The notes under the pieces are model-generated. The model did no database searches. It saw nothing but the letters and a program-made list of their open reading frames with translations, and was not told where the DNA came from. From Paramecium tetraurelia (lineage: Eukaryota), in NCBI GenBank assembly GCA_000165425.1, contig CT867988.1:1-64000 (forward strand): a stretch of 64,000 bases of DNA. The letters run 5' to 3'. Within the stretch, counting starts at the first letter, position 1. Each line of letters opens with the position of its first letter. This document shows positions 1-14,033 of this stretch, piece after piece. A program made the position numbers and the translations under genes.

Positions 1-64
1 TATTATAAATATTTAAGCTTGGTGGCAGATAAAAAATAATAATTATTAAATAAATTTATTCATA

Positions 65-851
65 ATGTCAGTTGACTAACAGAGCAATTTAGGGACGAAT
101 TGTATCAAGCATGATTCCAATATATCCACACCATCGAGGAAGAGATGGACTTCTACTGAAGATGATATTTTACATTCAGCCATTGAAAAATACGGAACAA
201 ATTGGTGTTAAGTTGCCCAAAGCTTTTCAAACAGAAACCCAAATTCATGTATTTAAAGGTGGAAAAGGATGAATGGAAAGAATGTAATTATTATCTTTAA
301 CAGAAAGAAGCAAAAACTCTAGAAATGGAGTTTAAAAGAAGACTAATTACTTTCAAAATTAGTAGGGTTGTATGGAAGAAAGTGGAAAAAGATCTCAAAA
401 TACTTTACACCTAAAACCAATAAGTAATGCATGGAGAGATACAACAATTGCCTGAACCCAAATCTCAATAAGAACCCTTTCTCATTAGAAGAAGATTAGA
501 TAATTTATGAAAATTATCTCATCTTTGGTTCAAAATGGTCTAGGATTGCAAAGTGCCTAACTAAAAGAACTGTAATATTAATTGTATTTAGTTCAGCACA
601 ATTAAGTTAAAAATCGATTTTATACTCACATACTTTCTTCACATCTGTAATTAGTAAATCCATACTACACCAAACTACTCCCAGAAAGAGCTAAAGAAAT
701 CCTAATCGAAGTCAGAAAGGAGCATTAATAAAAATTGTTATAAGATAGTTTAAAAGAATAAAAAGCTCATTTGATCTAATCTGCATTTGATGTTGACTCA
801 ATCTAAGTCGAATAGGAAGATGATTATTCTAATCATCATAGATTTGTATGA
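65..851 (+). CDS. Myb-domain transcription factor (three Myb repeats), 2 tiny introns
   Basis: Table-6 translation: RKRWTSTEDDILHSAIEKYGTNWCQVAQ..CIQRW; KWSLKEDQLLSKLVGLYGRKWKKIS..KQCMERYNNCLNP; PFSLEEDQII..FGSKWSRIAK..VKNRF. ATG 65, TGA 849-851. Confidence 0.9.
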
Positions 852-2838
852 TGACAAAAATTAAATATATTTAAAAATAAAAAAAGATATTATATGTTTT
901 AATTAAGTCTGTATAAGAAAAATTGTTCTTATATTTCTCTGATATTGAGGATCAAACTAAAGTGCTTACTAATTTCTAAATTTTTTAGTAGGAACTTGAA
1001 AAAAACGAATAGTACGAACATAACGAATTAATTTATCAAAAATTTATAGCGATATATATAAAAGTAGTCCAAAGTCTCTTATATATATTAGTATTTCATC
1101 TAAATTTTCAATTATTTTTTCGTTTGCAAAACTTTAAGTATACATTTATTTATAAACTATCATTTATATTTGATTTGCTTACTCAAAATTTTGATGTCTT
1201 TATGGAGTTTATTTCTAAAATATTAACTATTTCATAATGACACACTGATATATATTATCAGGATACAAAATGATTTTCAAATTTTGATGATGATGTATTT
1301 TCTCTTTTTATTTTTATTTCCTAATATTAATAATCAGGCAAAGAATTATGAATTAAAATTCATAAAAAAAATAAAGAAAATATATTACAAATATTTTGAA
1401 TCGCTTTTGAATGTATTGGAGTATGTTTTATCAATTGGTTATTCATAATATCTTAAACCAAATTTCTTAATATTGAATGAATTAAGATAACTATTTCATA
1501 TTTGTATAATTTTTTGATTAGATTTAAATATTTTTTAATCTTAATTAATTAATGAAAATTTATATGTATTATAAAATATTGATATTATAATTTTTATTAA
1601 TTATTTTTCAGGTGAGAAAATTAACACCTATCATTTATCAAATGAATATAGTAAAATTACGTCAATCTATTATTGGAACCTGGTTTACACTAATTGCCTA
1701 CAAATCCGTTTTTCTACAATTTTAATCTTAAACTTTTTATTCTCAAAAAGACTTAAAGGATGTATAAGAGATGGCATAAAAAGGTACTATCAAAAACAAT
1801 TCTTCCTATATTAGAAGTGCATCAAATAATAATTATGATGCAAAACATGCCTAAAAAATAGACTTTATTTTAAATAAATTCATAATTAAATTTAGAATCG
1901 TAGAAAACGATATTTTCCTAAAATTATTTTTTCTTCTTTCTTCTTCTAGTGTTTGATTATAAAAAAATTGATAAGATATCAATAAGTGCTAATATTATTT
2001 ACTTAAATTTAGTGATTAATCTCATCATTAAATCTTAACTAGATCTAACATTTATTAACACAATAATAAGATTTCAAAGTCATTGGGAAATCATAAATTT
2101 ATTTCTTGAGGCTCTATTTTATATTCTCTTTTTTCTTCAGTTTAAATCTTAAATATTTTAGGACAAAAATATTCATTTAAATCATCTTTCTGAAGTGGTT
2201 TAATTATTATTGATAGATAGGAGAGTTTTCGTTCATCACAATCAATTGTTTTCTTATAAATCTTCAAAGTTGAGTATTGTCACTGATCAATATTCAAATC
2301 TGATCACATTACATTTTTGAAAATGCTATTTCAGAAAGTTAAGAAAATCAATTAATATGATGTTAAAATTTAATTTTCAATAAGAATGTCCCTAACTCAA
2401 CAAAGCCTGTGTTTATAATGGCGAATAGATTTAAAACTCACATATTCCATTACTATGCTGCTCTTAAATTATTAAATTATGGAATTAAATTTTCAATCAT
2501 CTCTACACATTATAACCTAAATTAATACCCCTCTTTTATTCTGAACAAATATCTTCATCAACACTATAACCGAATAATATAAGAACAAGAAATAATTTGA
2601 TAAAGTATTTTTTGCCAATAACTAAATATTTATTATTCAAATTGGTTTGTCGACATAGAATTTTGAATAGTATTACTACTTTATGCACTAATTAATAGAT
2701 ATTCATCTTTTCATCTTAATCTTACTTAAATTTAAAATAAAGAATTCTGATATAATATAGCCTTCCAGAATGTTTAATTTTAATATTTTAGCAAATAAAT
2801 TTAAGAAATTGAGATAAATTTTTAATTAAGTAATTATT

Positions 2839-4885
2839 ATGGAATTTCAATATATTTTATTAGCACCTGTGGTTTTGCTAGTGGGAATCATAATATATTT
2901 TTTGAAGTCTAAATCAGAATCTAAATAGAACCAACAACCTTAATAAGTTATCAGTGGTGAAGAAAAGAAAATTCAATGTCAAGATCAATTAATTCCAATC
3001 TCAATTTATTTTGGATCTCAATAAGGCACAGCAGCTCGATTTGCCAAATAATTATCTGAAGAAGGAAAAGAACATGGATTTATTACAACAGAGATAGATC
3101 TCAATGAAGTAGAATTTGAGAATGAGATGAAAAAGGGAAAAGTTGGAATCTTTTGCATGGCTACTCATGGGGAGGGAGATCCTACAGACAATGCAAAAAA
3201 ATTCATAAGCTGGTTATAAGAGCCTTAACCATCATTAGTTGGATTTCAATTTGCTGTTTTTGGACTTGGCAATAGACAATACGAACATTACAATAAAATT
3301 GGAAAACTTACTAACAATCTTTTGGAAGGCTAAAAAGGTGTGAGATGCTACTAGTATGGTGAAGGAGATGCCAACAGTACATTAGAAGATGACTTCATAG
3401 ATTGGAAAAAAGACTTGTGGAATGAATTGAAGATTTCTTTAAAGGATTTAATTGATTAAGCAAAAAATTGCTAAGTTTAATAAGAAGTTCAAGAAAATCC
3501 TGAAAGTACTAACGACAACACAAACACTGGATCAACATTCAAACTTGTGGTTAGTAATAGTGAAGAGATTAATTTTGATTAAGCTCTGCAAGGATAATAC
3601 GATTTTCAAACTAAATAGTTTTTAAAAGCAAAATGTAAATATTTATATTATATTTAGATTGCCAAGTTGTTTCAATTTCTTAATTAAGGTAAAATCAAAA
3701 GGATGGTTCAACACTTCAAATCATATTCGATACAGGTAGAGAAGGAATCGAATATAAAACAGCAATGAATTTAGGAGTTTATCCTGAAAATGATGATCAA
3801 CAAATTCTCGAGATTGCAAATTATTTAGGAGAAAATCTTGACACTGTTTATAGTTTGGAATTACTATAATAGAATAATAGAGCAAAGGTTCCTTTTCCTT
3901 CTCCTTTAAGTGTGAGAAAGATTTTGAAGCACTTTGTGGATTTTAATGGTTAGTTAATGAAAAACACATTAACAAAATTGTCAAAGATTTCAAGTAATGA
4001 TGAAAAATTAAAGAACTAATTAATCCAATTAACAACAGAGGAAGGAAAAGCAGGCTTCTAGAACTTAGTTGATAATATGAAAACTACAATCTACTAATTG
4101 ATTAAAGAAAACAATATCAAATTAAATTTAGCATAGTTTATCGAACTTTGTCCAAGAATTAGCCCAAGATTATTCACAATAGCATCATCAAACTTAAAAA
4201 ATCCTTAACATGTTGAAATTGCTGATAGCTTATTAATTGATACACTACCAAATGGAACTGAAAAATTAGGTTTATGTTCATAGTATTTCATAAATGTCCA
4301 AAAGAAACTCTTAGAAGGGGTAAAATATATAGTAATGTTAGGAATGCGTTAGAGTTAGAGTTGATTTCAGAGAATCAAGTTTCAAATTACCAGATGATCC
4401 AAATAAATCCATAATTATGGTAGGACCAGGAACTGGAATAGCTCCATTTATTGGGTTTTTATAAGAAAGAGAAATCTTTTTATAAAGTCAACCTCAAAGA
4501 CAAAATGAATATATTCTATACTTCGGATGTAAACACCAAGATGGAGATTTCATTTATAAAGATTAACTAAGAGAGTTTGAAAGATCAAAAACCATTGATA
4601 GATTTTATACAGCATTCTCAAGGGATCAGGAATAGAAATGTTATGTGTAAGATTTGCTTAAACGCAACTCTGAAGAGTTATATAATTAGATATTAAATGA
4701 TAAGGTTGTCATTTATATATGCGGGTAATTAATAATGTTAATGTAGATCGACAAGCATGGGAAATTCGGTTTAAAATTTGATTAAAGAGATACTAAGTAC
4801 AAATGGTAATTGGACAGAACATGAAGCTGAAGAAAAGATATAAAGTATGGAGAAATAAAAATTACTCATCAAAGAACTATGGTGA
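2839..4885 (+). CDS. NADPH-cytochrome P450 reductase (diflavin reductase)
   Basis: N-terminal TM; FMN domain [45 protein letters not shown] domain [45 protein letters not shown]; ends IKELW-TGA. Confidence 0.93.
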
Positions 4886-4943
4886 TTTAGATTAATTGTA
4901 TAAATAAAAAAATTATTATCAATTTAAAAATATATAAATAACA

Positions 4944-6104
4944 ATGAAAAAAAGATAACTTGAAAGAGATGAGGAGGGCAATTTAGTTATGAATGAGCAA
5001 AATATTATCGAGATATGCGAAAAAGAAGGCTTATATGAGTATCCAGAGTTGAATTCGAAATTATATCTTCATTTTAAAGGTAATTTAGATTTTTAATTTA
5101 AAGCATTCAGAAAAATCGGTGGTTTGGACAATTTCATAAATGTTAAGACTCTCTGGTTAGAGAATAACTTTATCACAAAAATAGAGGGATTAGAAAATCT
5201 ATAATAACTCACACATTTATTCTTATAAAATAATCTAATTTAAAAGATTGAAGGACTGAAAGAAAACTTAGAATTGATTACATTGAATTTATCCCATAAC
5301 TGTATTAAAGTGGTAGAAAATTTGCAGAAGCTCTAAAAGCTATCCAGTTTGGATTTATCAACAAACAAATTCAAATCAGTTTCTGATATTTGGGAATTAG
5401 AACTAAACCAGCAAATATCTAATTTAGACTTATCCAATAACATGCTTGAATTTGAAGGAGAACATGAAGACGATCCATTATTGTTAATATTTAAAAAAAT
5501 GCCAAAATTAAAGTGTCTCTACTTATAGAGAAATAATTACATACGATCAATTCAAAATTACAGAAAAGTATTAATTCTACCTTAATCTAGTATTATCTTG
5601 CCAATTTACCTGAATTAACATATTTAGACACTTAACCTGTATTTCCTAATGAAAGAAGAATAGTGGACGCATGGGGAAAACTGGGAAAAGAAGGAGAATA
5701 AATAGAAAGATAAAGTATCACTTAATATTTATTAAATAGAAATAAAAGAAGAAGAGGATGCTAAGAAGTAGGAATATCGAGATGAGATAAAAAAATAATT
5801 ACCTATTCATTTGTAGAGCAAGATTAATTTCTTCCAAAAAAATATCAACGCTATTGAAACTGAGATATAAGAGATGTAGGCTAGAAAATAAAATCATATT
5901 GAATAAAATAGTCAAGAAATTGAAATTACATTTTTAGATGCCTCTATTGATTAGAAATAATCTCAACTTAATGAAATGAATGAGTTACTTAATAATATGA
6001 AGGTTAGACAAATAAGATAAAACTCACTCACTGAATCATAACTAATTGAATAAAGAGAAGAGTAATAATAAAAAATCCAAATTTAACTTGATGAAATAGA
6101 TTGA
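4944..6104 (+). CDS. DNAAF1: Leucine-rich-repeat dynein assembly factor (DNAAF1/LRRC50/ODA7-like)
   Basis: ICEKEGLYEYPELNSKLYLHFK/AFRKIGGLDNFINVKTLWLENNFITKIEGL, LRR cap NYRK..LTYLDTQPVFPNERRIVDAWGKLGKEGE; matches the family signature as I recall it. Confidence 0.82.
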
Positions 6105-6133
6105 AATGCCTTATGTAATATAAATTAAATTAT

Positions 6134-9100
6134 TCATTCATATATTTTTTAATATTTTTTTGCTAAATCCTTCATTTTTGAATCCTACTTACGAAGCAAT
6201 ATTAATCGATATAGAGCAGAACAAATTCTTTTATTGTCTTATCGCAAATGATATTATTCAAATGTTGAAATTAAATCCTTATTTTACAGACTAAACCATA
6301 TAGAAATGTCTTTAATTTCAGCCAACTATTGTTTAATTCTCATTTGTAAGACATTGCTGGAAATTTATTTTTCTAAAAAGTTTTGTAAAGTCTGAAATTC
6401 TAAGCTAAGCAATTCAAAATATACATCCTAGCTTATATTTTATAATTTGTTAAGATCGAAAATGCTGTAGAATAACACTATAGGAATATTAATATAAGTA
6501 CCATCAAAAAATGAGCCAATAAAAAAATCATAAAATACAGGGAAGTAGTTAACTGGTAGCTTCTAATTGAATATTACAAAAAAATCCTTAATTTCATCTA
6601 TTTATTGAAGCATAGACCATTCTGATTTTTACTAGTAACTCTTTGCATCAGTCATTGATTTTAAATCTTAATGGAGAGGACTAAATAAATTAGGAGAGAC
6701 AATTTCGTTAATAAGAATTTTTGAAATACTTTTGCAAATTGCTTTACCCTTAGTATTGAAATCACTGGTGAGATGATCTAGAGCTTCAAGTTTTAATTAT
6801 TCTTTTAGATGCTAGAATTATTATTACAAGAAATTAAGATTACAAATTCTCATCATCATTTCAATAACAAGGTGTATTTATTGTTATGCTAATTGTTTTT
6901 AATCAAGAGGAATGCTTTATTTACTTTTTACTACTGCAGGAAACCAGGGCGTTACTAAATTTGCTCTTTGTTGAAGATTTTATTCCATCTATTCCAAATA
7001 CATTAATATAGCAGTGTAGAGTATATGTTCCATTTTGCTATTAATTGTTTTTTTGAAAAGATTATCATTCTTAAATTTAACCACTTATTGCAAAGCTTCT
7101 AAGGATTTAAATAAAATCGAACAAAAGTCTTCGATACTTTTAGTTTATGTTTGTTGCATAAGTTCTTTGAAAGACAAACTTTCATCAAGATATTTTTCCT
7201 TAGAAAGCAATGATTATAAAATTTTTAATGTATTTTCTTGAGATTATTGAAACCACATTTCTATTGATCGACCAATAATTTGGATTGCTTTGGAGTTTAG
7301 ATTATTAGGTTAGATTTGATCATCCACTAAGGCTAAAGCGAAACATATGGAAAAAGCACTTAATATATACAATCATTTAATACTTTCCATTTTTATCTTC
7401 AGGAATTAACCCTTTTTAGATGCAGAGCTCAACTTATTGAAGGATTAAGAATATTTCTGACAACGCTCCAGTCATAAAATGAAGGAAAAACAAATTCTAA
7501 TTGTTTTTATTATCAGGTAATAAATGCTATATGCCCTTCTAAAAATAATCAATATACTGTTCTTTTAATTCAAGGCATTCCTTACACATTAAAGATAACA
7601 GAATGGAAACTTAATTAAAAGTTTTTTCAGTTAATTGATTTTACTAAAACTGTTCCCTTTTAATGATCATACTGTAATAATGATGACCTGTTTACTCCAT
7701 GATTTTTAGCATTAAATCGTTTGTATTTTGGCATTCAGTGAACTCAAGCGAAATGCTTGCAACTATATAAAATAAATTCATGAATGCAATTAGGAACGAT
7801 TAATCGCTTGGTAATTAGGACCAAAAACTAGTTGTAAGTCCTAATAAATCTTTATATAATCTATCAGAATTTTTCTATTTCAAAACAAATTGCAACTAGG
7901 ATTAATTAATTACCTTTTCTTTATTTATAATATCCCACAATTACTGGGTTAACTATTATGTAATAACAACAGCGTCTTTGATGTCTAAGTTTTTTATTCT
8001 TAAGGCAGGTTATAAGATTTTTTGATAAACTAAAGAGAGTAAAGTAATGCTGACATGTGCCGGTGACAGTTTTAGTACATCATATGCGAATTAGTATATT
8101 AAAGGAACAAAATCCATATCTATAGTTGTTGCTTATATGATTGCAGATAGAATAAGCTCTAATAAGCATTGATTTAATGGATAAGAGATTTCTTCAACTT
8201 GAGAATCAAAACTTACTTGAGCCATATCTTTTTCGTCTATTATTATCTATTTAAGCAGATTAGTAAAATATTTTTTCTATTGCTCTAATTAGGAATTTTG
8301 GATGTGAAATGCCTATAATAATAAACACTAGACCCAATACTAATTTAAAGTGGAAAACAATAAAAGCTTTTTTAGAATCACATAATGCTTTTCATTATTT
8401 TTTATTTCATTGTATAGTTAGGGTGTTTTGATTACGGTCAAAGCATCTTTGATTAAAGAAATAAATATGGAATTAGTAACAGATGATTCCATGTTTGAAG
8501 TAATGGTAGTTGAAAACTATTCCAATAGTTTCATAGAAGCTAAATTAATTTTGAATTTATTTTTTGTGTGAGTTACAAGAAGTGGCCAATCTTAATTTTA
8601 ACACTTATATCTGAGCATCATTAATAAGGCGAATTAATAAAATTCTTGCTGCTAGAATTCCTTTGCGAGATCCCTAATTGTTAAATAGAAGTTAAATACA
8701 TATTATTTGGGATTTCATTGTTAAATATACCAACTTAATCTTTAATTATAATGGGCAATTATTTAGTATTGCAACAATTAGCATAGTTTTTTCTGATTTC
8801 AAGTAGTTTGTCTTTGTGAGACTATAAGAGATCAGTTTCATTAATGGAGGGCTTTTCAGTTTATTTCGATTATCCTGCTCCTGAGGTATTGAGTGCTTTA
8901 CCACTTTGGTTTACAGATTAGGCTTATAATTAATTTTTTATTCTTTCCAAGGCTTGTTATTCTGGTTGGACTGTATCAAAAAATTGTATTTATAGCATTA
9001 ATTATTTGCTAATAATCTCCGCATGCCTTTTTTAGATGTGAATTGGTACTCTTTTTGTTGGATGTAAAATTTTTTAAAGGAATCAATGATTTTGGCATTT

Positions 9101-9659
9101 TTTTTCTTTTCTGAGATGATGGCAGCTTCAATATTATTCTACATGGCTATGATTGCAGATTAAGAGAATTGATCTATCTACTATTTTTCAACATTTTTTG
9201 CACTCACTAATTAATCTCTTTCTTTTTTTTATTGATCACACTAGAATATGTATAAAGCCTACTTTCTACATTACATTTTCTTTGTTTTGCTTGATTTCTA
9301 GGTAGGTTTAAACAATATCTTATTCTAGTTGATTAACATTTTCTGATAATAGTCCTAGAATGTCACTAATTTTGGATGTGGAGATAATATTTTTATCGAT
9401 GAACTCTTTGATAGTTTTATTTTCAAATTCTCTGCAAGTAACTAATTTTAGGTTTGATTCTACATTCTTTTCTTGTCAATTTTATTAATTATTCTGAGAT
9501 GGATTTCAGAATGCCTTAGTAATCTTTTAAATATGAACTGAATTCTTTTAAGGTGGTCTTTTAGTGGGACATCTGAAGACTCAATTATTGCTTTGTATAC
9601 TATGTCATTAGTTAATATGTTACATCTATTTCTTAATACAATAATTTTTTTGAGCTCAT
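6134..9659 (-). CDS. Large hypothetical protein (N-terminal coiled coil; possibly more than one gene)
   Basis: Long table-6 open stretches on minus strand with GT-AG micro-introns; ATG at 9659 (MSSKKLLYQEID). 3' end and exon structure uncertain; no family confidently recognised. Confidence 0.5.
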
Positions 9660-9687
9660 AATTATATTATTAATATTACCCGTTTTA

Positions 9688-10732
9688 ATGAAGTTTGTTA
9701 TATTTGTTGTAGTTGGTCTTGCTTTGGCAGCTCCACTTTCAGGAGATTTGGCTTAGTTGTCTCTTTTGTAAACACCCAAAGAGGAGGTGTTAGAACAATT
9801 GGGCGATTTGTTGAGCGAATTACGAAAAGAATAAACGATGGATGATACTTAACTTGCTCAAGTAATTATTTAGATATTATTCAGACTAATGCGAAGTTCG
9901 AAGCTGATATATTAATATCCTAATCCTAACTAGAAGCTCAAGTGAACTAATTAAAAGCAACAAACACCTTAATTGGAGATTTGAGCGAAGAAATCTACTC
10001 AATCTCTAAAACCTATGCTAATTTGAATTAACAATTATCAGATTTAGGGGCTAGAGACACCTAATTAAGAGATTCATTAGCAAATGAAGGAGCTGCTTTT
10101 GAAGTAAATACCTCAAATAAAATTTTAGAACGAATCCTCATAAGCAAGAAGATCAATTAATGGTCTTACATAGATCATATCCAAATTGACAGATGCTGTC
10201 TTGTCTCAATAATCATTAATTGAAAAATAAGAAATAGTGAATGTGATGAAATAAGAATTGGGATCAAAGCATCCAATTGCATTATTGGTAGAAGTCACTT
10301 CAAAGTTTGATAAAGCCACAGTCTAAAACATCATCCTTAAGTTGGAACACATTCAATCATAATAAGAATAACAATTGATACAATCAGAACAAAATTGGAC
10401 CGTGTAATAATAGACATATTAAACTCTACTCAATGAAATTTCAGAAGTATCCAAAAAATTGAGTTTTGATGCTTCCACCGCCAAGACTTCAATTGCCAAG
10501 AAATCAAATGAAAAAGTCACTGCAGAAAAAAGAAAGGCTTAACTTGAGACCACCATCCCCTAAACTGAATAAGTGTTGACCAACCTTAAATAATAATAAG
10601 ATTAGTATAATTTGGCATATTCTGCAAGAAAACAAAAGAGGTATATTAGATAAAATTATAAATTAATTTAGAACTTAAGAAGTTGAAACCTTAAAGAGCG
10701 CTTTTGAGTTGCTAGAAAAAAAATTAAGATGA
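9688..10732 (+). CDS. Trichocyst matrix protein / granule lattice protein-like secreted coiled-coil precursor
   Basis: Signal peptide MKFVIFVVVGLALAAP, then VLEQLGDLLSELRKEQTMDD and heptad-rich acidic helices, ~320 aa, architecture typical of Paramecium TMP precursors. Confidence 0.72.
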
Positions 10733-10791
10733 TGGCCATATATATTCAATTTAAATATTATATTGTTATGATCTTGTTGATATAATTATAT

Positions 10792-11643
10792 TCAATTTAA
10801 CATAATGGCCAACAAGATTGATCCATAAAGGATGAATTCTGAGCTAGAATCGGGCTCTTGACAAATTTCGCATTTCTTGGTATCTGGATTCCAAGCATAA
10901 GAATAAAGGGTATAAGCTAAACATTAGGTTTACGTTAAAGTTGTGGTATCTAAATCTGAACATTTGGTTCCATCCCATTTACAAAAAGTAACTTATTTTG
11001 CATCAAGTGAGAAAAATAACATACAAGAACTCTCTGGCAAAATAGAACAACTTAATGGTTTGCAAGTGTCACCCCAGTAGCAGGAATTAGTGTTGCAAAC
11101 ATCTATGCTTGTATAATCAGAACATTGAGTTATTGTTTTGGTTTCACAAGTTTAGGCTGAAACATTCTTCACACATTGTTTACCATCGCTAGTTACAAGC
11201 CAGTTACATTCACTATAAGGTATTTTATCGCAACTTCCGATACTTAAAGCGGATTCTTATGTTCTATCCATACATTTCACAGTTCCAGCTGTTAAATCGA
11301 TTGTGTCGGCATCTACTTAACATTTTATCAATTCATAACAATAATCTCCTTCTGTGGTTTTGTATGAATAATCAGAACATGATGTGAAATCCTCACACTT
11401 ACTAGTTTTGTAATTCCAAATACAGTTAAATGGGTCTGGAACTCCTTGGCAATCATTTTTGCTGAATGATGAGCATGCTTTGTTTGAACATGTCGACCCG
11501 TTAGGATCCCAAGTGCAATAATCGCTTAAGCAATCTGCTTGTTGTAACAGATTCTCGCATGAACACTGATACACACTGCCTAGTTATAAAGTGACTGAAT
11601 TTGCTATGAAGAACAAAGTGAATCCAATTAAATATATCTTCAT
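10792..11643 (-). CDS. Cys-rich surface protein (mini-antigen-like, probable GPI anchor)
   Basis: Signal peptide MKIYLIGFTLFFIANS; periodic Cys/CxW repeats (CSCENL..CTWD..CIWN..CNWL..CYWG..CKWD); hydrophobic C-terminus FILYGSILLAIMLN; intronless. Confidence 0.8.
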
Positions 11644-11873
11644 TATGTTTTTTATGATTTAAATTAAGATTTTTTGGTTTTATCAAAATCAGAATTTATA
11701 GGACAATATACATTAGAAAAACGCAAATTCTAAGTATGATTTTAGAAATTCTTAATAAGAAATACTGGTTCAATTATTCTTCAGTTTGTTTCGATGATTG
11801 TCCAAAATATTCTATTGTGGAGCAAACAATTTTGGTAAATTCGTATATAATTTTATTAATAACATAAATAAGA

Positions 11874-13973
11874 ATGGATAGTAGTCCAAGGTGTCCTTTT
11901 GGATTTTAGACAGAACCAAGCAATGATTCACCGGTGAAGAAAGTTAGTTTTAAGGAATTTCTTATTCAGAGATAGAGTGTTCATAAACCCTCATTACCTA
12001 CAGTTGTCTAACAAAAAAATAGGAGATGGGAAAAACAATTAAGTTCTTTATTGACACCTGAGATCCTTTCCTTCAGACAAGTGCAATCAAATCAGCAAAT
12101 ACCTTTAAATGAAATAGTGAAGGTAGCGAGAATCACTAATACAAAAACTAACTATGAGTACAATTTAATATTATTGTAGTAAAGAACAAGAATTTAAGAA
12201 AACGAAATCTGAATCATTATAAATACCAATGCTCAACATTCCTATGATGCCGACAAATGGATTTTTCAAATTTCAACCCCAACATCGTATGAGAAAAACT
12301 GGAATGTATAGTCTTAGAAATTGTAATGAATAACTAGAATAAATCAACAGAAAATAAAAGTCCAATGTTAACAACTTTTCTCTGCCCTAATTAACGCAGG
12401 AAGAGATTATTACCTAATTTTTCCAAACGAAATTTTAAAAGTCAAATGAAAATGATGTAATTCAGCATTTATAGATAATTTAGGAATTACAACATAAACC
12501 AATTGGATCTAGTGCAAGATTAGATTACGAGGCAAACATTCTTTTCACTAAGATCACTTCCGATAGCATCTTATAGTAAAAATACAAAGGAAGACATATC
12601 AAACATTTAAAAGAAGTTTATCGCAGTTTATTAGGTGTTGGGTACGACAAGGAAATAATGATGGACCCTGGAAGACTAAAAAGCATTCATTCCTAATTAA
12701 ATATAAAAAATGATTAGTTTTTAAGATTTAAATACTTATTCATCAATTAGTTTCTCGAAATGGAAACTCCTTTAGATTTATTTTTTAAAGGTTGTCACAA
12801 AATAGAAAGCTTCAAACCTTTAGTTTTAAATAAGGTATGTAATCAAATTTATTTATAGCCTCTAGATTTCGAAATCTATGGTTAGGATGTAGGAATTTAG
12901 AAAATCACATAATCTATGTATGATAAAATATTCAAAGACTACACTCTTTCTCCATATTTCATATTGATAGACAAGGAAACTCAAGCAAAGAAATTCTCTC
13001 GTTTATTTGCACAATTGATTGATCACACTGACTCTCCCAACTATACTCTAGAGATATTAAGAGAAAGACATATTTAATATAATTTAACTTTAGTTCAGTT
13101 TGCAAATTTTAAATTTTATCTTTCTATGACTTTGCAATAGTAATAAATAGGATTCAAGCATATCAGATAATTGTTGAGAAAAATGGACACTTACAAATAT
13201 GCGATTTTGAACAAGGAGAGTTTGTAAGAAACCATAAATGCCTTTGGATATAGAGAATTTATTGATGGATTGGTGAAGTAATGTTAAACTGAACCAATCT
13301 TATACGAATTATTTAATAAGCGTGGTAAGTATAGATTTACGGCTCATTGTGAAAATATGATACATTTTTTTTTTCGCGATAATGTCAAATCTATAACAAT
13401 TTAAGACATTGAATAAGTGCATAAATGCAATGCAATCATTTAAGAGAAGGTTTTTTCAAAAATTAAAGAACACACCTTTTAGGCTCTAATGAAAATTACA
13501 AAGGATTCTCTCATACTCTCTGATTTTGAAGAAGATTGGGAGGAAATCAAACCATTTATAATGAATAAATCAAAAAATCAAATTGTGAAATAATTGGGAG
13601 GATAAACTTTTATCAATAACCTTGCTTCCACTTTGGCATTTGAAATGCAACAAAGACCTCAATTAAACAAAGTCTTTGAGGTAATTCTTGAAGTCAATTA
13701 TTATTTTTTAGGACAATGATACTTGTGTAGCCTAAAATTTGAAATGCAAACTGAATTTAATGCTTTATGGAATTCATTTTTATAAGAAAACAGAGTTGGA
13801 GGTGCTTCACAAAAGATTAAAAATATCAGAATAAGTTTACTTTGAATTTTAATAAGTAAGAGTCCATTAATATATATAAGGCCACAAAACATGTTCTTGA
13901 AAATTTTCCTAAATTGTCATGGTTAAATAAGGTATTGGAAGACTATAAAAAACATATTGTTTCTGATTTTTGA
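11874..13973 (+). CDS. Multi-domain truncated (2/2) haemoglobin-like protein, four tandem globin units; paralogue A
   Basis: Unit 2: FEIYGQDVGIQKITQSMYDKIFKDYTLSPYFILIDKETQAKKFSRLF..YTLEILRERHIQYNLTLVQFANF fits the group-I trHb pattern. Three further similar-length units with His at the F8-equivalent (KSIH, EQVH, EVLH). Confidence 0.72.
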
Positions 13974-14033
13974 TGATAACTTTACAACATATTTGTTATT
14001 TGATTATAATGAATGTTTTTAATAATTATAATA

